64,000 nt of DNA from an uncultured Acidobacteriota bacterium (GCA_963741955.1 CAVUKB010000005.1:512001-576000), one strand, 5' to 3'. Shown: positions 51,692 to 62,414, counted from the stretch's first letter. Notes: generated from the letters alone by a model not told the origin. Program-made: numbers and translations.

Positions 51692-51851
51692 TTGTCAGAA
51701 ATATAGCGCTTCTCCGGCCGCGCGGCACGAAAAACTGATGCATCTGCACCAATTGTTCACAGTTTTCTGCTGAATCCGGGTGGTAGGATGCGCGCGGACT
51801 CCTCCCTGAGTTGCCGGCCGGCAACCGACACGTCCCCGGAGATGAGCGGAG

Positions 51852-52757
51852 TTGACTGACGATCACCTGAACACGCGTCTCGCCCCCCTGATGCTTCTCG
51901 GATCCTCCACTCTGTTCGGGGTGATGTCATTCCTGGCGAAGGTCGTCTCGGAGGTGATTCCCGGCTCAGAGGTCGCATTCGTCCGCTTCCTCGTGGGCAT
52001 CATTCCGATCCTTCTGCTCACCCGCGCGAGGAATGCGGCTTTCACGTTCCAGCGAGTCGACATCCTTTTCTATCGAGGATTCTTCGGCGGCGTGGCGGTG
52101 CTCTGTTTCTTCACCGCGATCGCGCACATCCCGGTCGGCGTCGCGACGCTGCTCAACTACATGGCGCCGATGTTCAGCGGCTTCTTCGCCGCGATCTTTC
52201 TCGACGAACCGCTGACCGCGCGCGTCCTGGTTCCGCTGGGAGTCGCGTTCGGCGGCGTGATCCTGGTCGTGAAGGCTCATGCGGCACCGGGAGAAATTCT
52301 CGGATTCGGAATCTGGCACCTGGTCGGGCTCCTCTCCGCAGTGCTCTCGGGTGCCGCCGTCACCGCGATCCGCGGAGCGAGGCGGACCGAGAACTCGTGG
52401 GCCATCTTCGGGAGCTTCTCGCTCTTCGGGCTTCTCGCCACCCTGCCGGTGGCTGCGTTCGAGTGGCACACGCCCACCCTCTTCCAATGGATGCTTCTCG
52501 TCGGGGTCGCCGCATTGTCGATCGTCGCTCAGCTGATCATGACCCATGCCTTCCGCTGGGTCGAAACGCTCATCGCGGGCGTCATATCCCAGTTCACCGT
52601 CGTCGTGGCAATGACCATGGGGGCAATCTGGCTCGGAGAGAAGATCACGCCGCTCTCACTGATCGGGAGTCTGCTGACGATCGGCGGTGTCGTCTCGGTG
52701 GTGGGATTCACGCCGCACAAATCGGCCGAGGACGCCGAGCTCGGACGGCCAGGGTAG
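51852..52757 (+). CDS. DMT/EamA family transporter
   Basis: About 10 TM segments with a duplicated EamA pattern (FLDEP.../WLGEKIT). Confidence 0.9.
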   Translation: MTDDHLNTRLAPLMLLGSSTLFGVMSFLAKVVSEVIPGSEVAFVRFLVGIIPILLLTRARNAAFTFQRVDILFYRGFFGGVAVLCFFTAIAHIPVGVATLLNYMAPMFSGFFAAIFLDEPLTARVLVPLGVAFGGVILVVKAHAAPGEILGFGIWHLVGLLSAVLSGAAVTAIRGARRTENSWAIFGSFSLFGLLATLPVAAFEWHTPTLFQWMLLVGVAALSIVAQLIMTHAFRWVETLIAGVISQFTVVVAMTMGAIWLGEKITPLSLIGSLLTIGGVVSVVGFTPHKSAEDAELGRPG

Positions 52758-52890
52758 GAGTCTGCGTGGTAGAAACGTCCGTAGCGAGAAAGCGGAGCAG
52801 CGAGGCCAGGATCAAGGAGCGAGGAGGCGCTGATACGGCGGCATCGTTGACGACGAGCGACGCCGCGATTGCGCCGTAATCCTCCCGGCT
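52757..52890. repeat. Intergenic REP/MITE-like element between convergent eamA and kup
   Basis: Begins GGAGTCTGCGTGGTAGAAACGTCC (similar to 15513-15536 and 16815-16838) and contains the 36-bp module shared with 48043-48078. Confidence 0.6.
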
Positions 52891-52910
52891 GACGCCGCAC
52901 GCCGGTCAGA

Positions 52911-54824
52911 TCAGATCTCGATCTGTGCACCCAGCTCGACGACTCGGTTCGGCGGGATGCGGAAGAAGAAGCCTGCGGACGCCGAGTTCCGGATCATCCA
53001 GGCGAAGAGCCTCTCCCTCCAGATCGCCATCCCCGGACGCCGAGTGGCGATCAGAGTCTCCCGTCCGAGGAAGAAGGTCGTCTCCTCGGGGACGAACTTG
53101 AGCCCCGGCACTTCGATGCGGCGGAGAACCTCCGGAATGTTCGGATCCTCCATGAAGCCGTAGCGGATCACGACCCGAAACACTCCCTCCCCTAGCCCTT
53201 CCACCTCGTAGCGCTCCCGCTCGATGAGGTGCGGCCGCTCCTCGGTGACGATCGAGAGAAGAACCACCCGTTCGTGCAGAATCTTGTTGTGTTTGATGTT
53301 GTGAAGGAGCGCCTGCGGAGTTCCCTGCGGGTTCCGATGCATGAACACTGCGGTCCCGGCGACTCGGACGGGCGGGTGACTCTTCATCGAGCGGAGAAAC
53401 AGCTCGATCGGAAGGGTGTCGCGACGGAGTCGCTGGTCGAGAATCTCACGTCCCCGCCGCCAGGTGGTCATCAGGGTGAAGATGAGGATCGCGACGGCCA
53501 GGGGGAACCAGCCACCATCCATCACCTTGATCATGTTCGCGCCGAAGAACGAGAGATCGAAAACGAGGAAGAAGGCGCAGACCGCGAGAGCCGCGAACCG
53601 GTTCCAGTGCCACAACTCCCTCTCGACGAAATAGAGAAGGACGGTGGTGATCACCATCGTGGTGGTGACCGCGACACCGTACGCGGCAGCGAGGCTGCTC
53701 GAGCTGCCGAACCCGATCACCAGTCCGATCGTTGCGAACATCAGGGCCCAGTTGATTCCCGGGATGTAAATCTGTCCGATCTCCCTCGCCGAGGTGTGCT
53801 CGATGTCCATGCGCGGTGAGTAACCGAGCTGCACGGCCTGTCGGGTGAGACTGAACGCGCCCGAGATCACCGCCTGAGATGCGATGACCGCAGCAGCCGT
53901 GGCGAGAACCACCAGAGGATAGAGCGCCCAGTCCGGCGCGAGCCTGTAGAACGGATTCTCGGCCGCATTCGGATTCTGGAGGAGAAGCGCACCCTGCCCG
54001 AAGTAGTTGATCAGGAGCGCCGGAAGCACCAGCGCGAACCACGCCAGACGGATCGGCCGCGTTCCGAAGTGGCCCATGTCGGCGTAGAGGGCTTCGCCGC
54101 CGGTCACCACGAGGAAAACCGAGCCGAGTACGAGAAATCCGCGTCCTCCGTTCTGGATGAAGAACGAGATCCCGTGGATCGGGTTCACTGCCCAGAGCAC
54201 TCGCGGCTCCTGCAGGATCGCGCGCATCCCGAGGACGGCGAGAACGATGAACCAGATCAGCGTGACCGGTCCGAACACTTTCCCCACTCCGGCAGTGCCG
54301 GTGCGCTGAAAGAAAAACAGCCCGATCAGGATCACGATCGTCACTGGAATGACGTAGGGAGAGAGGATCGGCGTGGCGATCTCCAGACCCTCGACTGCGG
54401 AAAGGACGGAAATCGCGGGAGTGATCATTCCGTCGCCGTAGAGAAGGGCGGCACCGAAGAGTCCGAGTGCGACCAGAACCCACTTCGTGCCGCGGTACGA
54501 CTCGGCTCCCGGCGCGATGAGCGACATCAGGGCCATGATTCCCCCTTCGCCGCGGTTGTCGGCCCTCATGACGAAGACGAGGTATTTGAAGGAGATGACG
54601 AGAATCAGGGCCCAGAAGATCAGCGAAAGAACGCCGAGCACATTGGCATGGGTCGGGGCGACCGCATGCTCTCCGTGAAAGCATTCCCGGAGGGCGTACA
54701 GCGGGCTGGTGCCGATGTCTCCGTACACGACGCCGAGCGCCGCGAGCGAGAGCACCGTCAGGTACCGGCCGGTGGGTTTTTTCCGTTCGAGATGGCTGTC
54801 GGTCGCTGGCATCGGCTGCATCAA
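52911..54824 (-). CDS. kup: Potassium uptake protein Kup
   Basis: LGVVYGDIGTSPLYA, ADNRGEGG, GDGMITPAISVLSAVEG, GGEALYADMGHFG and GQIYIP. Confidence 0.96.
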   Translation of the reverse strand: MMQPMPATDSHLERKKPTGRYLTVLSLAALGVVYGDIGTSPLYALRECFHGEHAVAPTHANVLGVLSLIFWALILVISFKYLVFVMRADNRGEGGIMALMSLIAPGAESYRGTKWVLVALGLFGAALLYGDGMITPAISVLSAVEGLEIATPILSPYVIPVTIVILIGLFFFQRTGTAGVGKVFGPVTLIWFIVLAVLGMRAILQEPRVLWAVNPIHGISFFIQNGGRGFLVLGSVFLVVTGGEALYADMGHFGTRPIRLAWFALVLPALLINYFGQGALLLQNPNAAENPFYRLAPDWALYPLVVLATAAAVIASQAVISGAFSLTRQAVQLGYSPRMDIEHTSAREIGQIYIPGINWALMFATIGLVIGFGSSSSLAAAYGVAVTTTMVITTVLLYFVERELWHWNRFAALAVCAFFLVFDLSFFGANMIKVMDGGWFPLAVAILIFTLMTTWRRGREILDQRLRRDTLPIELFLRSMKSHPPVRVAGTAVFMHRNPQGTPQALLHNIKHNKILHERVVLLSIVTEERPHLIERERYEVEGLGEGVFRVVIRYGFMEDPNIPEVLRRIEVPGLKFVPEETTFFLGRETLIATRRPGMAIWRERLFAWMIRNSASAGFFFRIPPNRVVELGAQIEI

Positions 54825-54953
54825 TCGCGTCCCGTCCGAATCCGCCGCCGGGCGCCCCCGCTGCGGCGCGGAATCATACAGATTGGATCGGTCCGGCGCA
54901 AACCGGGCCGCGGAGCTTCTGTGAACCGGCCGGCGGCTTCTCCTCGGGCGTCC

Positions 54954-56105
54954 TCAACCACCAGGATTCGTCACCGGTCGATTCTGCTCTGCAAGCGTCC
55001 GGCCGAACAGGCTCTTGTAGATCTGAATGGTGGTGACGAGAAGGGCGAAGACGAGAGGTCCGAGCACCAGTCCGACGAGGCCGAACGCCTGGATCCCACC
55101 GAGAATCGAGAAGAAGAGGAGAATCGCGGGCATGCGGGTTCCTCCGCGCATGGCCCAGGGACGGATCACGTTGTCGACCATCGAAACGACGGCGAACCCC
55201 CAGAGAAGAAGAAAGATCCCATAGCCATAGCCCCCTCCCCGGATACTCGCCGAGATCAGGAGATACGCTGCTGCGGGAAGCCACACCGCCGCCGCTCCAA
55301 CCATCGGAAGAAGTGAGAAGACCGATGCGACGGCGCCCCAGAAGAGTGCGCCCGGAATGTGTGCGATCGCCAGACCTATTGCGGTGACCGCCCCCTGCGC
55401 GATGGAAGTGAGAACCTGCCCCCGGAAGGTTGCGTCGACCACGCCTTTGAACTGCTCGAAGATCTCGCGGTCGTACTGGTCCGGGAGCGGCGAGAGATAG
55501 ATCAGCTCACCGACCAGGCCCTCTCCCTCGACGTAGAAGTAGTAGCAGGAGAGTAGGGTGAGAATGAACCCGAGCACCACGTTGGCAAACCCGCCGATGA
55601 ATTCTGCGCCGTGCGACGCCACCATCGCCGGGATCCGTCTGACCAGGCCGACGATGATCTCGTCGGGGTCGATCGTCTCGGGCTGAAATCCGGGGATGAA
55701 GTGCTGGATCATGGCCACCCGCTCGTGCAGATGCAGCGATGCGAGTACGGACTTGACGTCGGTCTCCTGGATGATCCGGAAGAGGTTGGTGGCCTGCTGG
55801 ATCAGGAGGAGCGTGAGGAGGAAGGCAGGAATCGCGAGGACGAGGGTGATCCCGAGCAGCATGATGGCCGCCGCGCCGTTGCGGCGACCTTTCATCTTCT
55901 CGACCAGACGCTGGTAGATGCGGTAAGTGAAGGTGGCGAGGATCGCGCCGAGGAGGATCGGGGTCAGGTATGGAGCGAGGATCCTCCAGGCGGCGGCGAC
56001 GACCACGGCCGCGAAAAGTGCGAACACGACCAGCGCGAGCACACGTGGGCGCGGGGCCGGACGGACTTCGGCCGGCGTGGGATCCTGCTCCGGATGCGAT
56101 TCCAT
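54954..56105 (-). CDS. AI-2E family transporter
   Basis: TM pattern with PILLG..LA, IAQG, DNVIRP and FGLVGLVLGP. Confidence 0.9.
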   Translation of the reverse strand: MESHPEQDPTPAEVRPAPRPRVLALVVFALFAAVVVAAAWRILAPYLTPILLGAILATFTYRIYQRLVEKMKGRRNGAAAIMLLGITLVLAIPAFLLTLLLIQQATNLFRIIQETDVKSVLASLHLHERVAMIQHFIPGFQPETIDPDEIIVGLVRRIPAMVASHGAEFIGGFANVVLGFILTLLSCYYFYVEGEGLVGELIYLSPLPDQYDREIFEQFKGVVDATFRGQVLTSIAQGAVTAIGLAIAHIPGALFWGAVASVFSLLPMVGAAAVWLPAAAYLLISASIRGGGYGYGIFLLLWGFAVVSMVDNVIRPWAMRGGTRMPAILLFFSILGGIQAFGLVGLVLGPLVFALLVTTIQIYKSLFGRTLAEQNRPVTNPGG

Positions 56106-56206
56106 CGCGTTGATTGTATCTCGCTCCGCTCTCCGATGACGCGCCGTCGCTCATCGGAGGAGTGGTGAATCACGTCACGAGTCGAACGCGATGGACCCGG
56201 GCGGGG

Positions 56207-56467
56207 TCAGTGGCTGACCTCCACCGAGCCCGGATAGAGCTGCAACACGTAGAATGCCCGGTCCCGCTTTGCAGTCGCGAGTGCCCGATCTCCCCGCTCG
56301 ATCACTTCACCGACCAGTTCCGACCCATCGGATCGAAGGAACTCCGAGACGGCTTCGCGCGCCGACTCCGCTTCCACCTGATGGAACGTGATCTTTTCGC
56401 TGGCCGAGAGGACCAACTCGGGACGGCTCGAGCTCGAGAGAGCGTTTTTCTCGATCGAGAATCGCAC
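56207..56467 (-). CDS. Hypothetical protein (86 aa)
   Basis: AGGAGG RBS before GTG 56467 within ORF 56207..56593. Confidence 0.6.
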   Translation of the reverse strand: MRFSIEKNALSSSSRPELVLSASEKITFHQVEAESAREAVSEFLRSDGSELVGEVIERGDRALATAKRDRAFYVLQLYPGSVEVSH

Positions 56468-56599
56468 GGTGTGACCTCCTGGGTTGAACAGCGCCAGTGA
56501 GAACGCACTCGTTTCGCCCCTGCTCCGCATAGTGCGCATTGGAAACATACGTCCGGACGCCGGGAACAACCATCGACGAATGGTAAAACTCACGCTGAT

Positions 56600-56983
56600 T
56601 CAGTCCGTGCGAGCGGCACACTCGGCGACCACCGCTGCAAGCTCGGAAATGTCGAAGGGTTTCCGCACCACTCCCTGGACGAGCGACGGCTCGAGCTGAC
56701 GGATCAGACCGTCAGTCGCGGCGGTCATCACCAGAATCATCGGTCGCTCTCCGGTCGGAATCTCCTCGGCGACGTGCTGGAGAAACGTGATCCCGTCCAT
56801 GCGAGGCATCATCAGGTCGAGCAGCACGACGGCATACTCGCGCCCGTGCACCATCGAGAGCGCAACCTCGCCGTCGGCCGCAGTTTCGACTTCGAAACTG
56901 TGACGGTGGAGGATCGTCCTCACGAGGTTACGGATCATCTCGTCGTCATCGACGACGAGAACGGGCCTGGGACGCTGATTCAT
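56600..56983 (-). CDS. Single-domain response regulator (receiver only)
   Basis: VLVVDDD, LLDLMMPRMDG, VMTA and RKPFD. Confidence 0.9.
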   Translation of the reverse strand: MNQRPRPVLVVDDDEMIRNLVRTILHRHSFEVETAADGEVALSMVHGREYAVVLLDLMMPRMDGITFLQHVAEEIPTGERPMILVMTAATDGLIRQLEPSLVQGVVRKPFDISELAAVVAECAARTD

Positions 56984-57094
56984 GGGCGCAGTCACATCTC
57001 CCCCGGACTCTGCTGCTGGCTCATCGGTCGCGGGAGGATATTTGGCTCTCCTGAAGAGAAGGAGCGCCATGCAAGGCACAGGCCGTTCCGAGCG

Positions 57095-59608
57095 TCACGA
57101 TGTCGCTTCACCGCTTTCCATTTCGATCGGGACCGATCGGGCGCCCCATATTTCGTCTGCGTATTGCCGGACCGTGCGGTCTCCGGAGAACTTCCCCATC
57201 CTCGCCACATTGAGGATCGAGAGCCGGTTCCACGCCTCCCGATCGAGGTAAAGGCGCGCGGCTCTTTGCTGCGCCTCCATGTACGAACCGAAATCGGCAC
57301 AGTGAAAGTAGCGGTCGCCTCCGACCAGAGCGTCGACGATCGGCCGGAACATTCCGGGGTCCTCGATGCCGAGTCCCTGGGAGAGCGCCGTGATGACTCT
57401 CGCGAGCGTCGGATCGCGGTCTATGTACTCACGCGGGTTGTATCCGGACGCACGAAGGGCATCGATCTCCTCCGCCGTCCGGCCGAAGATGAAGATGTTC
57501 TCCTCCCCCACCTCGTTGCGGATCTCGACGTTCGCACCGTCGAGAGTGCCGATGGTCAGGGCGCCGTTCAGTGACGCTTTCATATTCCCCGTTCCCGATG
57601 CTTCCATCCCGGCGGTGGAGATCTGTTCGGAGAGCTCGCATGCGGGGAAAATCCGCTCGGCGCAGCTCACTCCGTAGTTCGGCAGAAACACGACATTCAG
57701 TTTCGTCGAAGCGGCGGGGTGAGATCGAACCAGAGCACCGACCGAATGCACCAGCTTGATCACCAGCTTCGCCATCGCGTAGCTCGGAGCCGATTTTCCG
57801 GCGAAGAGCACGGTCCGCGGCACCACCGACTGGTCCCCGTCCACGATCCGATGGAACAGCGCGATCACGTGCAGCACGTTGAGCAGCTGACGTTTGTACT
57901 CGTGAATCCGTTTGACCTGCACGTCGAGGATGGTCTCCGGATCCGTGACGATGTCCCACGTGTCGTGAATCCATCCCGCGAGAGCGTGTTTGTTCGCATC
58001 CTTCACGCGCCCCCACCGCTCCCGGAATCCCGGATCTTCGGCAAATGGCTCGAGCCCTCGGAGCTGATCGAGATCCTTCACCCATCCGTCACCGATCGCT
58101 TCGCTGATCAGGGCTGCGAGCCGCGGATTACTCTGCAGCAGCCACCGGCGCGGCGTGATGCCGTTCGTCTTGTTGTTGAACCGCCCCGGAAAGAGCTCGT
58201 CGAACTCCGGGAAGATTTTCTGCCGGAGAATGTCGGTGTGCAGCTCGGCCACTCCGTTCACCGAATGGCTTCCGACGATCGCCAGGTTGGCCATCCGCAC
58301 CCCGCGGCCCACTTCGTCGATCACCGCCATCTTCCGCACGCGCTCGTAGTCGCCGGGATAGCGGGTGCTCACTTCCTGACGAAGCCGCCGATCGATCTCT
58401 TCGATGATCTGCAGGTGCCGTGGCAGCAGCCGACCGAAGATGTCGATCGGCCAGACCTCCAGCGCTTCGGGAAGGACGGTGTGATTGGTGTACCCGAAGA
58501 CTTTCTGGGTGATGCTCCAGGCCTTCTCCCAGTCGAGGCAGTAGCGGTCGACCAGCACCCGCATCAGTTCGGCGATCGCCACCGCAGGATGGGTATCGTT
58601 CAGCTGTATCGCGACCTTGTCCGGCAGTGACTCCCATCGCCTCCCCGGCTTCTTGCAGAAACGACGGATCACGTCCTGGATGGTTGCGGATACGAAGAAG
58701 TACTGCTGCTTGAGCCGCAGCTCCCGCCCGGCGTACTGGTCATCCGGCGGATAGAGAACTTTCGAGATGTTCTCGGTCTGCGTCTTGTCCTCGACTGCAG
58801 CGACGTACTGCCCCGCATTGAATCGGGCGAGGTCGAATTCGCGGCTCGACCTCGCGGCCCAGAGCCGCAGCGAATTGACGGTGTTGTTCCGATAACCGGG
58901 GACCGGCACGTCGTACGGCATCGCGTAGACGTCCTGCGTGTCGACCCAGTCGATGCGATCCCTCCCCTGCTCGTCCCGGTAGTACTGCACGCGACCGTAG
59001 AACTTGACCCGGAACAGCACGTCGGGACGAGGGACTTCCCACGGATTCCCGTACCGAAGCCAGTTGTCGGGCGCCTCTTCCTGGAACCCGTTCTGGATTC
59101 TCTGGCGAAAGATCCCGTACTCGTAGCGGATCCCGTAGCCGTAGAACGGAAGGGCGAGGGTCGAAGCCGAATCGAGGAAACATGCGGCGAGACGCCCCAG
59201 TCCTCCGTTTCCGAGACCGGCGTCCGCTTCCTTTTCCTCGATCTGTTCGAGGTTGTACCCGAGGAGCCTCATCGCTTCTGCGAACTGCGGCTCCGCACCG
59301 AGGTTCAGGACGAAGTTCAGCAGAGCGCGACCGAGGAGGAACTCGAGCGAGAGATAGTAGACGCGCTTGACATCCTTCCGGTAGAAGATGTCCTGGGTCC
59401 GGAACCACCGTTCCATCAGGCGGTCGCGCACCGTCATCGCCGTGGCGTTGAAGACGTCGAGATTCGACGCGGTGTACTGGTCCCGCGCCACGGTGTACAT
59501 CATGTGATGGGCAAACGTCTCGATGATCGCAGGAACGTCGATCCGCCCCGGCCGCGGACGAGGAATGAGCCCCTCGGCTTTCGTGATCTGCTGACGGTCA
59601 ATCGTCAC
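57095..59608 (-). CDS. glgP: Glycogen/starch phosphorylase
   Basis: DAGLGNGGLGRLAACFLDS, QLNDTHP, YTNHT, KRIHEYKRQ and EASGTGNMK. Confidence 0.96.
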   Translation of the reverse strand: MTIDRQQITKAEGLIPRPRPGRIDVPAIIETFAHHMMYTVARDQYTASNLDVFNATAMTVRDRLMERWFRTQDIFYRKDVKRVYYLSLEFLLGRALLNFVLNLGAEPQFAEAMRLLGYNLEQIEEKEADAGLGNGGLGRLAACFLDSASTLALPFYGYGIRYEYGIFRQRIQNGFQEEAPDNWLRYGNPWEVPRPDVLFRVKFYGRVQYYRDEQGRDRIDWVDTQDVYAMPYDVPVPGYRNNTVNSLRLWAARSSREFDLARFNAGQYVAAVEDKTQTENISKVLYPPDDQYAGRELRLKQQYFFVSATIQDVIRRFCKKPGRRWESLPDKVAIQLNDTHPAVAIAELMRVLVDRYCLDWEKAWSITQKVFGYTNHTVLPEALEVWPIDIFGRLLPRHLQIIEEIDRRLRQEVSTRYPGDYERVRKMAVIDEVGRGVRMANLAIVGSHSVNGVAELHTDILRQKIFPEFDELFPGRFNNKTNGITPRRWLLQSNPRLAALISEAIGDGWVKDLDQLRGLEPFAEDPGFRERWGRVKDANKHALAGWIHDTWDIVTDPETILDVQVKRIHEYKRQLLNVLHVIALFHRIVDGDQSVVPRTVLFAGKSAPSYAMAKLVIKLVHSVGALVRSHPAASTKLNVVFLPNYGVSCAERIFPACELSEQISTAGMEASGTGNMKASLNGALTIGTLDGANVEIRNEVGEENIFIFGRTAEEIDALRASGYNPREYIDRDPTLARVITALSQGLGIEDPGMFRPIVDALVGGDRYFHCADFGSYMEAQQRAARLYLDREAWNRLSILNVARMGKFSGDRTVRQYADEIWGARSVPIEMESGEATS

Positions 59609-59659
59609 GGCGCGCGATTCTACCCCTTTCTTCCACCACCCGCGTGCATTGTCACCCCT

Positions 59660-60112
59660 TCAGTCGAGGCGACGGAGAATCTTGACGAAGCAATCCTCGC
59701 GACCGACGAACAGAAGCAATCCGCGATCCTGCCACTCGTTCATCCGCCTCGAGAAACGCGGATCTTCGACTCCCTTTTCTCCGAAGAGCTCGACGAAAAG
59801 AAGCTTCGGAAGATCGAGAATCCCTTTCATCCGGAAGCGGTCGAGTGACACCAGCAGCGCGTCGAGCCGATACGCGAGATCTTCGTCACTCAGCACGCCA
59901 CTGTTCGGGTCGAGTGTCCGCTGCGTAAGGCTGATGAACTCTTCGAAGTCCATGGGGTGAAACTCGCGCACGCCCATCTGCGAGAGAAGCTCCGGCGCGA
60001 TTCCGTCCGCAGAGACGAGCCCCGGGATCTCCGTGCCGATGCCGTCGATGTCCCACCCGAGCCAACGCTCGCGTCCGGCTCCGAGCGCGATTTTCTGGAT
60101 GTACTTCGCCAT
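59660..60112 (-). CDS. Hypothetical protein
   Basis: ORF 59660..60136 with coding-like composition; probable ATG at 60112. Confidence 0.6.
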   Translation of the reverse strand: MAKYIQKIALGAGRERWLGWDIDGIGTEIPGLVSADGIAPELLSQMGVREFHPMDFEEFISLTQRTLDPNSGVLSDEDLAYRLDALLVSLDRFRMKGILDLPKLLFVELFGEKGVEDPRFSRRMNEWQDRGLLLFVGREDCFVKILRRLD

Positions 60113-60297
60113 CGAGAGATGCCAACTCCCGCTCACCTATAACGAGCGGCCGAAGAAACGTCAAGCGGAGGGCGCAGGATGCGTCCGTCCACGTTCGAAT
60201 CCAGGTTCTCGCGCTGATGCATTCCCATCACGTCGATCGATCCCGTTGTCCCTCCGCAATGTTCCGGAGTCGTGCGCAGCCGCGATTTGCCTTCCAG

Positions 60298-60532
60298 CCT
60301 GGCCCGGACGAGACGCTCCGCTTCTGCCACCGAGATCGTCTCGATCCGTTCTCAACACGATTGCCGCGGCGGATCAGAGGATCCGCACCCCTCGGAGACC
60401 TGTCGTCCTTCTGCGAAAACCGCGCAGACTCCTGGCCCGGACGAGACGCTCCGCTTCTGCCTCAGAGATCGTCTCGATCCGTTCTCAACGCGATTGCCGC
60501 GGCGGATCAGAGGATCCGCGCCCCTCGGAGAC
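60298..60532. repeat. Direct duplication of a ~102-bp structured sequence (period 133 bp)
   Basis: CCTGGCCCGGACGAGACG...CCCCTCGGAGAC at 60298-60399 and 60431-60532, with few mismatches. Confidence 0.9.
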
Positions 60533-60585
60533 GACGTGTCGTCCCGGGGTGCGGAACGCGCCCGGAGGGATGATGTAAGGACTTT

Positions 60586-61758
60586 ATGAAACACTACACT
60601 GGAATGGGTCTCATGCCTGACGGCGCGAGCCGCTTCTACTCCGGCGCTGCATTCCACCCGTCACTCCCGGACGGGCGCGAAGAGGGATCGATTCGCATCG
60701 GCGGCGGAGTGGTCCGGTTCGATTCGCCATCCGGATCGGTGGAGCTTCCGATTCGCGGGACCGCGCTCGAGATCGGCGGCGCGAGTGACCGCCTCGTCTT
60801 CCTCTCGAATCCCGCGTTTCCCGGCTGGTCGCTGTACACCTCCGATCAGAGCGTCCTTCGCGATCCCGATCTCCTCGCCGACCGTGATGTCGCCGCGCGA
60901 CTCTCCACGCTCCGCCGCGGACCGGCCGCGGCGAGACTTCTCACCGCCGCCGTACTCCTCCTCGTCGGAGCGATCCTCGCAGGCGTGTTCGTTCTACGCG
61001 GAACGATCGTCGCGGCCATCGCGGTCCGGATCCCTCCTTCGGTCGAGCAGCGACTCGGCGAGCTCGCGTTCCGGCAGATCACCCTCACCGGGAACGAGAT
61101 CACCGATCCGCGGGTGGTCGCTCCTCTCCAGAGGATCGTCGACCGCATCTCCAGATCGATCCCGGATGGAAGCGGCAATTTCCGCGTCCATGTCGTCGTC
61201 GATCACGAAGTGAACGCGTACGCGTTCCCCGGCGGGCCGATGGTGATCAACACCGGCCTCATCGAACGGGCGGGAAGCGGAAACGAGATCGCGGGAGTCC
61301 TCGCGCACGAGATGGCGCACGTGGCGCTGCATCACTCGACGCGTCAGATGATCGAATCCCTCGGCCTCTGGACCGTCATCCGCGCGCTCTTCGGCGATCT
61401 CACCGGTCTCGGGGCGGTTCTGATCGACAACAGCGGGCGCCTGGTGGACATGAAGTTCTCCCGCGATTTCGAGCGCGAAGCGGATCGCACCGGACTCCGC
61501 TACCTCGTCCGCGCCGGACTCGATCCACGCGGCATGCTCTCGTTTTTCGAGCGTCTCCGCCGGGACGAGAGCTCTCTTCTCGGAAGTGGCGCCCTGGCCC
61601 TGCTGCGCACCCATCCCGCCACACCAGAGCGGATCGCGGATCTGCAGAGCGAGATCGACCGGCTTCCGCAAATTCCGTCCGGACGGGTTGACATCGATCT
61701 CCTCCGGGTCCAAGAATGGATCGCACCGCAAAACGACAACCGAGGGAAACTACGATGA
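60586..61758 (+). CDS. M48 family (Oma1/BepA-like) membrane-anchored metallopeptidase
   Basis: TM helix; VNAYAFPGG, GVLAHEMAH, FSRDFEREAD and THPATPERI. Confidence 0.9.
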   Translation: MKHYTGMGLMPDGASRFYSGAAFHPSLPDGREEGSIRIGGGVVRFDSPSGSVELPIRGTALEIGGASDRLVFLSNPAFPGWSLYTSDQSVLRDPDLLADRDVAARLSTLRRGPAAARLLTAAVLLLVGAILAGVFVLRGTIVAAIAVRIPPSVEQRLGELAFRQITLTGNEITDPRVVAPLQRIVDRISRSIPDGSGNFRVHVVVDHEVNAYAFPGGPMVINTGLIERAGSGNEIAGVLAHEMAHVALHHSTRQMIESLGLWTVIRALFGDLTGLGAVLIDNSGRLVDMKFSRDFEREADRTGLRYLVRAGLDPRGMLSFFERLRRDESSLLGSGALALLRTHPATPERIADLQSEIDRLPQIPSGRVDIDLLRVQEWIAPQNDNRGKLR

Positions 61759-62414
61759 AAGCAGTCGTCAAGGGATCTCCTTCGTTCGCCCACATCGAGA
61801 TCGAGCTCGCTCCCGGAGAATCCGTCATCGCCGAATCCGACGCGATGTCGAGCATGGCCGCCGATCTCGACATGACGGCGAAGCTCAACGGAGGCTTCTT
61901 TTCCGCTCTGGCCAAGAGGTTTCTCGGAGGCGAGTCGCTCTTCGTCAACGAGTTCAAGAACAACACGAACGGGCCGCGCCTCCTCACCCTCGTACAGAAG
62001 CTCCCCGGAGACATCCGGCAGGTGCAGCTGAACGGCAACTCCATCTGCCTCCAGGAAGGCGCCTACATCGCATCGAGCCCCGGTCTCTCGCTCGGCGTGA
62101 AGTGGGCGGGGCTGGGTTCGTTCATCGGGCGGGAAGGATTGTTCAAACTCCAGGTCAGCGGCAACGGCACGCTCTGGTATGGCGCGTTCGGAGGTCTGCT
62201 GGAGAAGGAGATCAAGGGCGAGTACATCGTCGACACCTCGCACCTGGTCGCGTATGAGCCGCACATGAAACTCAAGGTCCAGCTCGCGGGAGGAATCTTC
62301 TCGAGCTTCTTCGGCGGCGAGGGTCTCGTGACCCGGGTCGAAGGCTCGGGCCGGATCACGCTTCAGACCCGCAGCCTGAGCGGCATGGTCGGCTGGCTGA
62401 ACCCCAAAATCTGA
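61755..62414 (+). CDS. TIGR00266/AIM24 family protein (1)
   Basis: L..GESV.AES.AM, GGESLFVNEF, GEGL and YIVDTSHLVAYE. Confidence 0.88.
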   Translation: MKAVVKGSPSFAHIEIELAPGESVIAESDAMSSMAADLDMTAKLNGGFFSALAKRFLGGESLFVNEFKNNTNGPRLLTLVQKLPGDIRQVQLNGNSICLQEGAYIASSPGLSLGVKWAGLGSFIGREGLFKLQVSGNGTLWYGAFGGLLEKEIKGEYIVDTSHLVAYEPHMKLKVQLAGGIFSSFFGGEGLVTRVEGSGRITLQTRSLSGMVGWLNPKI

